DNA of 63,476 nucleotides, filler included, from Octopus bimaculoides (taxonomy: Eukaryota): the NCBI RefSeq assembly GCF_001194135.2. It is 6 parts of 5 records of this genome, joined end to end, with 100 filler letters (N's around TTAATTAATTAA, not from the genome) between each part and the next. Parts side by side here need not be neighbours in the genome. Positions count along the whole stretch, not along the records: positions 35,788 to 54,231 come from NC_068982.1; positions 54,332 to 61,763 come from NC_068984.1; positions 61,864 to 63,476 come from NW_026421650.1; 3 more parts are not named here. One strand, 5' to 3'. Below, in pieces: positions 54,140 to 63,476 of the stretch. Each line of letters opens with the position of its first letter. The stretch's first letter is position 1. Made by a program: the position numbers and the translations under genes. The notes beneath the pieces were generated by a model. That model did no database searches and was not told the origin of the DNA. It was given only the letters and a program-made list of their open reading frames with translations.

Positions 54140-54215
54140 TGCAATGCGCCACCCGGTCCAGGAATTGAAACCGCGACCTAGTGATCATGAGTCCAACACC
54201 CTAACCACTAGGCCA
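54140..54215 (-). mobile_element. tRNA-derived SINE head
   Basis: Minus strand atggcctagtggttagggtgttggactcatgatcactaggtcgcggtttcaattcctgg. Confidence 0.7.
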
Positions 54216-54231
54216 TGTATGTATGTATATA

Positions 54232-54331
54232 NNNNNNNNNNNNNNNNNNNNNNNNNNNNNNNNNNNNNNNNNNNNTTAATTAATTAANNNNNNNNNNNNN
54301 NNNNNNNNNNNNNNNNNNNNNNNNNNNNNNN
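54232..54331. other. Synthetic 100-nt scaffold spacer
   Basis: 44N+TTAATTAATTAA(54276-54287)+44N. Confidence 0.95.
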
Positions 54332-54981
54332 GTGTGTGTGTGTGTGTGTGTGGTGTTTGTGTCTGTGTGTGTGTTTGAGTATCCATGTGTATATATATAT
54401 ATGTATATATATATTCACATATGTGAGTGCCTGTTTGTGTAAGGACATGCATTGTGGGTGATCCACTCAGGATAGGCGACGATGTACCCTAGATGGAGGA
54501 GGCTGAATAAGACATACCCTAGATGAAGGATGCCCTCCAGGTAAGGTACTTCTAAGTGATAAGTTCTGCTACGCATCGCAGCCACTCCACACAGCTGTTT
54601 GTTAGAATCCGTGTCGGTATCCAGTATCGAAGAATGTGGAAACATGATATTTATTTGTGAATGACAAGGTGAACTGTGCCATTATAAATTGTAGTGTCAG
54701 CAGTGTGTATAAGTAAGATATCCAGGAGTACGCAGAGATGCCATATGCTGGCATTTGGCCATCTCACGAGACGAGGGTGTATAGTCATATCTACCTGATA
54801 TTGAAATTAAGCTTTTTAATAAAACAGTCAAATGCGTTTATAAATACATATGTATATATGCAAGTATAAGTGTCCGTCTGTGTACATGTCTTTGTGTGTG
54901 TGTGTTTATACGTGTGTATGTGTCTGTATCTATGTATGTTTATATGCCGGAATGTATGCATGTATATATGTATGTTTTCAC

Positions 54982-55030
<49 letters not shown>

Positions 55031-55071
55031 TATAATGAGAATAAAATGATAATAATGATAAAATATTAATG

Positions 55072-55130
<59 letters not shown>

Positions 55131-55358
55131 GGAAAAATGCATTGAATATTGGAAAACGTACATGTAGGACAGACACAGAAGGACCCTAAATCTTTCATTA
55201 GTTATCGACTGATGAATTAGGGTCCACTTTATGTACACTTCGTGGCATTTAATGCATTTTTAATATATTGAGTATCTGAACGCCACGTATCCCGGCTTTT
55301 GTTAACAGTAAGTTTATATATATTTCTATATTTAAGAGATGAGGAATTATGTACATCA

Positions 55359-55582
55359 TTTACATTATTTACATTTGACGGATATTTGTCCTCATCTTGT
55401 TTGTTGTTAACACAACGTTTCGGCTGTTATACCCACCAGCCTTCATCGGGTGCCTTGGGAATAAGAACCCAGGTTCGAAACGTCCTCAAGACACCTGATG
55501 ACGGCTGGAGAGTATATAAGCCGAAACGTCGTGTTAACAAACAAGATGAAGACAAATATCCGTCAGATGTAAATAATGTAAA
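55359..55582. mobile_element. Penelope-like element terminal repeat in inverted arrangement
   Basis: About 95-bp imperfect inverted arms (55359-55454 and 55490-55582), each carrying a hammerhead-type core as expected for PLE pseudo-LTRs. Confidence 0.75.
55490..55535 (+). ncRNA. Minimal type-I hammerhead ribozyme motif
   Basis: gacac-CTGATGA-c-GGCT(12 nt)AGCC-GAAA-CG-TC-gtgtt: stem I 5 bp, stem II 4 bp, palindromic minimal stem III, GUC cleavage triplet. Confidence 0.75.
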
Positions 55583-57749
55583 TAAAGTAAGCTTATATAT
55601 ATATGTATATATATANNNNNNNNNNNNNNNNNNNNNNNNNNNNNNNNNNNNNNNNNNNNNNNNNNNNNNNNNNNNNNNNNNNNNNNNNNNNNNNNNNNNN
55701 NNNNNNNNNNNNNNNNNNNNNNNNNNNNNNNNNNNNNNNNNNNNNNNNNNNNNNNNNNNNNNNNNNNNNNNNNNNNNNNNNNNNNNNNNNNNNNNNNNNN
55801 NNNNNNNNNNNNNNNNNNNNNNNNNNNNNNATATATATATATATATATACAATATATATGTGTACATATATATTGTGCATGTGCAATGTTTCTATGCATA
55901 TGTGTGTATATGTGTGCGTATATGTGTGCGCGCGCATCCGATTGTAGGCGCAGAATTGTCTATTGTGAAGAAGCTCGCTTTGCAACCATAATTCGTTGGC
56001 CATGATCCTACCCGTAGCAATGTGAGTAAATATCATTTTTTATAGCCTCCGATCGACGAATATTTTAATTGAAAATGTGGGGAAAGAAACCACCTACCGT
56101 ACAGAAACACATTGGGTGGAATGCAGCGGTAATTCAACCGCACAATAAAGCCTTGTCACAGAAAAGCCTTTTATTACTTCATATAGCTCTTTACAATGGC
56201 TCCCTGTTGTAAGTGCATAGTGAATTGACAGATGAATGTCGCACGTGTTAGATCAATGCAACAGCTATAGTCGTTAAGTTTATAACTCTCAACTTTCCAC
56301 TCTCATTCATAAAACATGCTGGTCACTCATAGCGTACTTTTGTGTTGATATGCATGTCTTATGCTAAGCAATTTTGTATAGGATGTTGTTTGTAATATTA
56401 TTAATGTCGGCTTGTAGTTAGCTATAATGCAGTTTGGTTTCTGTTTTATGAGATTTTTTTTATTACGTGTTCATCTGTCTATAATTAGTATTTATATAGC
56501 TCAGAGGATAAACTTTATTATGTGTGTATTTTTAATAAGTTTTGTGTATCTAAAATATATATTTCATTGCATCTCTTCCTGCATTATTTTATGGTTTGGT
56601 TAGCTGGTTGTTTTGATTGAATAGCGGAATAACGGTTGTTCGTTGGTGTCTTAACGTTTGTTTAATTTGCGCACGCGAATATAAATATAAATATATGTGT
56701 TTGTGTGTGTGTGTGTGTGTTTGTGTGAGTGAGTGTGTGCATACATACATACATACGTACATGCATACATGCTTAAATATATATACCTATATATATATAT
56801 ATATATATATATGCAAGTATAAATGTCTGTCTGTGTACATGTCTTTTTGTGTGTGTGTATATACGTGTGTATGTGTCTATCTATGTATGTTTATATGCCG
56901 GAATGTATGCATGTATATATGTATGTTTTCACATTTATATATATATATATATATATATATATNNNNNNNNNNNNNNNNNNNNNNNNNNNNNNNNNNNNNN
57001 NNNNNNNNNNNNNNNNNNNNNNNNNNNNNNNNNNNNNNNNNNNNNNNNNNNNNNNNNNNNNNNNNNNNNNNNNNNNNNNNNNNNNNNNNNNNNNNNNNNN
57101 NNNNNNNNNNNNNNNNNNNNNNNNNNNNNNNNNNNNNNNNNNNNNNNNNNNNNNNNNNNNNNNNNNNNNNNNNNNNNNNNNNNNNNNNNNNNNNNNNNNN
57201 NNNNNNNNNNNNNNNNNNNNNNNNNNNNNNNNNNNNNNNNNNNNNNNNNNNNNNNNNNNNNNNNNNNNNNNNNNNNNNNNNNNNNNNNNNNNNNNNNNNN
57301 NNNNNNNNNNNNNNNNNNNNNNNNNNNNNNNNNNNNNNNNNNNNNNNNNNNNNNNNNNNNNNNNNNNNNNNNNNNNNNNNNNNNNNNNNNNNNNNNNNNN
57401 NNNNNNNNNNNNNNNNNNNNNNNNNNNNNNNNNNNNNNNNNNNNNNNNNNNNNNNNNNNNNNNNNNNNNNNNNNNNNNNNNNNNNNNNNNNNNNNNNNNN
57501 NNNNNNNNNNNNNNNNNNNNNNNNNNNNNNNNNNNNNNNNNNNNNNNNNNNNNNNNNNNNNNNNNNNNNNNNNNNNNNNNNNNNNNNNNAATACTTCGTG
57601 TTTCTATTTATTCTCAAATCAATTGAATTAATGTTTCTATGGAATAATAAAAAAAATATATTGAACCCTCATCGGTTTCGCTGATCAATAATCCAGTTGA
57701 TCAATGATCTGAACCACCTACTTACATATTGTGTAATATAATAGTAGAA

Positions 57750-58124
57750 ATCGTGGAGGCTCAAAGGCCCAGTGGTTAGGGTAGCGAACTCGTGGTCGTA
57801 GGATCACGGTTTCGATTCCCAGACCGGGCGTTGTGAGTGTTTATTGAACGAAAATACCTAACACTCCCCGATGCTCCGGCAGGGGGTGGTGGCGAACCCT
57901 GCTGTACTCTTTCACCATAACCTTCTCTCACTCTCACCTGTATTTCAAAGAGCCAGCCTTATCACACACACTCTGTCTCACAATGAATTTCCCCGAGAAC
58001 TACGTTAAGGCTACACGTGTCTGTAGAGTACTCAGCCACTTGCACGTTAATTTCACGAGCAGGCTGTACCGTTGATCGGATCAACTGGAACCCCCGTCGT
58101 CGTAACCGATGGCGTGATACGACG
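57750..58124 (+). mobile_element. SINE family C, full length, 10-bp TSD, nested in an older inverted C copy
   Basis: aatagtagaa at 57740-57749 and 58125-58134; flanks join into a decayed minus-strand C tail (ccagttgatc...gtggctgag). Confidence 0.88.
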
Positions 58125-58404
58125 AATAGTAGAAGTGGCTGAGTACACCGAACACCTATACTTGGACTCTATGTCTAAACTTGTGAACGACTCAATGTGA
58201 CACTGTCAGAGACGAAATGAACGTTGTAGATTACTGGTACACTTCATGCGACGGATTCCATACAGTTTGTACCTTCCTAGACTTACACCATCCAAGTGAG
58301 TTCCCTAGTTGGGTATCTGCGCATGCGAAAGGGCTTTATAACTTGAAATAAATGTCGACAGGAGTCGGTATAGATTTACATATGTAAGCGAGTGAAGGGG
58401 AAGT

Positions 58405-58435
<31 letters not shown>

Positions 58436-59148
58436 TATTAGCTAAATATTTATAGACTTTATCTCATGGAAATTGGAGAGAGAGAGAGAGAGAGAGAGCT
58501 GGGGAAGAAGGGAAGAGAGAAAGGCTGAGAGAGTGGTAGACATGGGAACGTAGTTTGCACAATAAACGACGGCGAGAAGAAACAATGGTGTGGAAGTGGG
58601 TGATGGATAGTCATCAGCGAAGAAATAAACCAATGAAGCATGAAAACGCATTTTCCTCATCAGATACTGGTACATGTGTGTGTGTGTGTGTGTGTGTATT
58701 TAGAGTTGAACTGTTGGCGTCATCTGACGGAAATAAATCTGATCACTTTATTTCCATTGATTTGTGAATATACAATTGTATTTTATAATACTGAGCATAT
58801 ATATATTGATGTAAATACGTGCGCATAATTTCTTGCGTACTGAAATTAATATTATTTAAAGAAGGTTGCGAAACAGCCGTAACCCTATGAAAGTCAAGTG
58901 GTTAGATAGATATACATCACCCTCTCATCTTTTTCTGATATGTTTTTATATACTCCGTACAGATTAATTTTATCGGTCGGATTTTCTGGATTTTCAAATA
59001 CATGAGCACATTACGTTACATTGTAGACTGATAGCCGATTTAGTAAGAGAAGCTTACTGTGATAATCGCTCGATTTTCGGAATCCATATCTTATACTTCA
59101 CATTTACATCATTTACATACACACAGGTATGTATGTATATATGTATAT

Positions 59149-59186
<38 letters not shown>

Positions 59187-59199
59187 GTATAAATATATG

Positions 59200-59307
59200 C
59201 ATTCTTTTATTCTTTTATTAGTTTCAGTCATTTTGACTGCGGCCATGCTGGAACACTGCCTTTAGTCGAGCAAATGAACTCCAGGACTTATTCTTTGTAA
59301 GCCTAGG
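59200..59307 (-). mobile_element. SINE family A 3' fragment
   Basis: gtttcagtcattttgactgcggccatgctggaacactgcctttagtcgagc. Confidence 0.8.
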
Positions 59308-59592
59308 NNNNNNNNNNNNNNNNNNNNNNNNNNNNNNNNNNNNNNNNNNNNNNNNNNNNNNNNNNNNNNNNNNNNNNNNNNNNNNNNNNNNNNNNNNNNN
59401 NNNNNNNNNNNNNNNNNNNNNNNNNNNNNNNNNNNNNNNNNNNNNNNNNNNNNNNNNNNNNNNNNNNNNNNNNNNNNNNNNNNNNNNNNNNNNNNNNNNN
59501 NNNNNNNNNNNNNNNNNNNNNNNNNNNNNNNNNNNNNNNNNNNNNNNNNNNNNNNNNNNNNNNNNNNNNNNNNNNNNNNNNNNNNNNNNNNN

Positions 59593-59643
<51 letters not shown>

Positions 59644-59649
59644 GTGTGT

Positions 59650-59694
<45 letters not shown>

Positions 59695-60829
59695 CACATA
59701 CCTACATACATACATACATACACATATATGTACTGTGCTCATAAATGTGTGTGTGTATTTATGTATAACCATGTTGATATAGAGTGCGTGTGTTCCTGTG
59801 AGATTATATACATGCATACTCGGGCTCAGTGGCTAGGTGGTTGCGCTGGTAATCAAAGGTCAAAGAGTTGATTCCTGGACGGGGCAGCCCCTCGTGGTGC
59901 CCAGCAGAGTATTTGACTTCACACCGCGATAGTGAAGTCAGCAATCTAACAAGTACCAGCAAAAATGCTGAAGGTGCCTTTTTCCACTTCCAATTATAAC
60001 ATATTTGAGCGCCAAAGTAATTTTCTGTACCTGCTCTTGATTACACACGCAATTAAAACAGTTAATGAAGGCATGGGGCAAATTAATAGTCTATACTCAT
60101 TTGCAAGCGACGGCAGAGTTAGGCAAGCACATGTGTGTGCGTGTGTGCATATGTGGGTGGTGAGTGTATGTACGCCTATATATGTATAATTACAAATATA
60201 TGTAANNNNNNNNNNNNNNNNNNNNNNNNNNNNNNNNNNNNNNNNNNNNNNNNNNNNNNNNNNNNNNNNNNNNNNNNNNNNNNNNNNNNNNNNNNNNNNN
60301 NNNNNNNNNNNNNNNNNNNNNNNNNNNNNNNNNNNNNNNNNNNNNNNNNNNNNNNNNNNNNNNNNNNNNNNNNNNNNNNNNNNNNNNNNNNNNNNNNNNN
60401 NNNNNNNNNNNNNNNNNNNNNNNNNNNNNNNNNNNNNNNNNNNNNNNNNNNNNNNNNNNNNNNNNNNNNNNNNNNNNNNNNNNNNNNNNNNNNNNNNNNN
60501 NNNNNNNNNNNNNNNNNNNNNNNNNNNNNNNNNNNNNNNNNNNNNNNNNNNNNNNNNNNNNNNNNNNNNNNNNNNNNNNNNNNNNNNNNNNNNNNNNNNN
60601 NNNNNNNNNNNNNNNNNNNNNNNNNNNNNNNNNNNNNNNNNNNNNNNNNNNNNNNNNNNNNNNNNNNNNNNNNNNNNNNNNNNNNNNNNNNNNNNNNNNN
60701 NNNNNNNNNNNNNNNNNNNNNNNNNNNNNNNNNNNNNNNNNNNNNNNNNNNNNNNNNNNNNNNNNNNNNNNNNNNNNNNNNNNNNNNNNNNNNNNNNNNN
60801 NNNNNNNNNNNNNNNNNNNNNNATCTTTT

Positions 60830-61091
60830 ATCATTTATTTTTCAATCACCTGCCTCAGTTATTGGACTGCGGTCACGCTGGGACACCGCCCTGAAGTACT
60901 TTATTCGAATGGATCGATCTCAGCACTTACTTTTTTTTTTTTTTCTCTCTCTTTAGAGTAGTACTTATCTCTTGGTTAATTTTGCCGAACCGCTAAGTTA
61001 TAGAGAGGTAAACATACCAACACGGACTAGACATATATACGCATAAGTAATCATGCATATAAATATAACATAAATATACAAATAGATACAG

Positions 61092-61125
<34 letters not shown>

Positions 61126-61285
61126 AGGGCTTTTTACAGTTTCCGTCGATTAAACCCACTAACAAAGCTTTTGGTCAATCCGAGGCAATAGTAGAAGACA
61201 CTTGCTCAAGGTGCTACGCAGTGGGACTGAACCTGGTACCATGTGGTTGAGAAGCATGCTTCTTACCACACAGCCACGCCTGCGC
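60830..61285 (-). mobile_element. SINE family A (tail 60830-61030, head 61125-61285)
   Basis: gccgaaccgctaagtta; gtagaagacacttgctcaaggtgctacgcagtgggactgaacc. Confidence 0.8.
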
Positions 61286-61727
61286 CCACACACACACACA
61301 CACACACAAAAGATTTTCAATCCAATACTTACATGTCATTATTTATAAAACAAATTATTTCACATTCTCCGGAAATTTCTGGATTGTTATGGCATAAAAC
61401 CACATCCGTACATGTGGTTGTGTGGGTGTGTGTATGTACGTATACATAACTGTGACCCTTGACGGGTCACGTTACCGTGACCCAATTCAGTTACGTGTTT
61501 GCAGCGTGGAGCGTTCACAGAAATAAATGTCACGCTGATTAGTGAATAATGAACCAAGGTCTACTCTAGTCCTACGCCATTTATTTATAATACCACCACC
61601 ACCAACAACAACAGCAACAACAACAATTATAATACTGATATTGTTTCGGAAATGAAAAGAATTTTGCTAACATTATTTTGCGATCTATCTATCTATATAT
61701 GAACGCGCACACACAGACACAGACACA

Positions 61728-61763
<36 letters not shown>

Positions 61764-61863
61764 NNNNNNNNNNNNNNNNNNNNNNNNNNNNNNNNNNNNN
61801 NNNNNNNTTAATTAATTAANNNNNNNNNNNNNNNNNNNNNNNNNNNNNNNNNNNNNNNNNNNN
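61764..61863. other. Synthetic 100-nt scaffold spacer
   Basis: 44N+TTAATTAATTAA(61808-61819)+44N. Confidence 0.95.
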
Positions 61864-61866
61864 GTT

Positions 61867-61898
<32 letters not shown>

Positions 61899-62191
61899 AT
61901 ATATATATATATACATGTATATGTTTATATATGTATATATATATATAATGTATATATATATACATGTATATGTATACATACACGTATATATATGTAAATA
62001 TATGTGTATATATCTATATATATATATATGTATATATATACACATGTGTGTATATATATATATATATATATATGTACAGATATATATGTATGTATATATC
62101 TAGGAGAATATACAAATAATAACAACAGACGAGGACAGGTGGTGTAAATAACAAAAGTATATATTAGTATGACACTCGGGAATACGGAAAG

Positions 62192-62228
62192 TCTTTGACG
62201 TTTCGAGCTACGCTCTTCAACAGAAAGA
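62192..62228 (-). ncRNA. Minimal hammerhead-like motif with CUGUUGA core, in a probable Penelope-type end
   Basis: Minus strand tcttt-CTGTTGA-a-GAGC(gta)GCTC-GAAA-CG-TC-aaaga: stems I and II perfect, conserved A6 replaced by U. Confidence 0.55.
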
Positions 62229-62384
62229 ATACGGAGACAAGGAGAAAAACACGGAGAAAAAAAAATTGAATAGTGTTCAGTCAACGGTCAATCATAATTG
62301 TTTTACTACCTCAAGGCTAACACTCCTTTTATTCCTAATTCTGCAATATCAGCACCAAATTTATTTTTCCTCTCATCTGTTTCC

Positions 62385-62500
62385 ACTCACCAAGATATAC
62401 GTAGCCACCATTTTGACATGTTCCTGTATGCCTCGTTGCCTTCATGTCACGCATCAACTTCCGTTCGGTGTCACGACCCACCCACTTCCTGACACATCCG
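62385..62500 (-). promoter_or_regulatory. Candidate CpG-retaining promoter and first coding exon
   Basis: YY1-like caaaATGGtggc overlapping an ATG (62411), MVATYIL then TTG|GTGAGT donor (62390); ETS-like acttccg and cacttcctg just upstream. Confidence 0.3.
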
Positions 62501-62799
62501 ACGTCCCCTCCCCAACTTACCCTTAAGCCAACTGTGGGAGCCTCTTGCACGTGGTCACTTGATCAACCTGCAACAAAATCTCCATCAAATTACATACAAA
62601 AAGGATCATGTTAACCCATTAAAGGCCATAATTCAACTATGAACATCATTTATAAATTTTTTCATTTTCTGAGCCCCAAAAGGGCTGCTTGATTATATAT
62701 CTTCTGTTATATTGTTTAATTCTTTTTATACTTATAGAATAATTTGTGTATGAAAATTATAAGAAAAGAAACAGAATGTTATAATATTATTATTAGTAG

Positions 62800-63025
62800 T
62801 ACAAGGTTGTGAGCTGACAGAAATGTTAGCACACAGGGTGGGAATGCTTAGTGGTATTTCGTCTGTTGCTACGTTCTGAGTTCAAATTCTGCCGAGGTCG
62901 ACTTTGCTTTTCATCCTTTCGGGGTCAATAAATTAAGTACCAGTTGTATATTGGGATTAATCTAATTGACTGGCCCCTTCTCCCAAAATTTCGGGCCTTG
63001 TGCCTAGTGTAGAAAAGAATATTAT
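62800..63025 (+). mobile_element. SINE family B
   Basis: gagctgacagaaatgttagc...gttctgagttcaaattctgccgaggtcgactttgcttttcatcctttcggggtc. Confidence 0.85.
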
Positions 63026-63034
63026 TAGTAGCAA

Positions 63035-63470
63035 GCACAGGCATGGCTGTGTGGTAAGAAGCTTGCTTGCCAACCATATGGTTCCGTGTTCAGTCCCATT
63101 GTGTGGCACCTTGTGTAAGTGTTTTCTACTATAGCCACCAGCTGACCAAAATCTTGTCAGTGGATTTAGTGGATAGAAACTGAAAGAAGCCCATTGTATA
63201 TAGCACCTAACTGACACCTGTGCTGATGGCATGTTAAAAGCACCCTTCGAGCATGGTTTATACCAATCCCACCTGAGTGACTCCCATGCCAGTGGCACAT
63301 AAAAGCACCCACTACGCTCTCAAAGTGGTTGGCATTAGAAAGGGCATGCAGCTGCAGTAACCTTGCCAAATCAACTGGGAGCCTGGTGCAGCCATCTGGT
63401 TCACCAGTCCTCAGTTAAACCATCCAACCCATGCCAGCATGGAAAGTGGATGTTAAGCAACAATGATGAT
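63035..63470 (+). mobile_element. Family A head joined to family D body and tail
   Basis: ggcatggctgtgtggtaagaagc...gaaactgaaagaagccc directly followed by ...aaaagcacccactac...ccaacccatgccagcatggaaagtggatgttaa(gat). Confidence 0.8.
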
Positions 63471-63476
63471 ATATAT

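Noticed and set aside
62521-62567. 47-nt minus-strand segment with strong acceptor and AGG|GTAAGT donor
   Set aside because: It has stops in all three frames and resembles the end of dispersed repeat E; the E-box there is probably repeat-derived.

Overview
Eukaryotic, AT-rich, microsatellite-saturated genomic DNA from a gappy draft assembly. The repeat families and texture look like an octopod cephalopod (Octopus-like); this is inference from recalled repeat sequences, not a database result. No complete protein-coding gene, rRNA, true tRNA or CRISPR array is supported. Nearly all ORFs in the track are microsatellite translations or run through N gaps. The window is six assembly pieces joined by identical 100-nt synthetic spacers (44 N + TTAATTAATTAA + 44 N). 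Recognisable content is decayed mobile DNA: five R4/Dong-type non-LTR retrotransposon remnants (RT, CCHC knuckle, PD-(D/E)xK endonuclease), two RTE-type 3' ends, two Tc1/mariner fragments (one DD37D), dozens of tRNA-derived SINE copies (labelled A-D here, plus a dispersed repeat E), and Penelope-type terminal repeats. The most interesting signals are (1) an intact minimal hammerhead ribozyme core at 55490-55535 inside a Penelope-type inverted repeat, with further variant or decayed cores elsewhere; (2) a strongly CpG-depleted block (about 36-54 kb) bounded by two spacers, which suggests a methylated gene body and holds two phase-compatible candidate exons, one with a lone in-frame TGA; and (3) a candidate promoter and first exon at about 62.4 kb.
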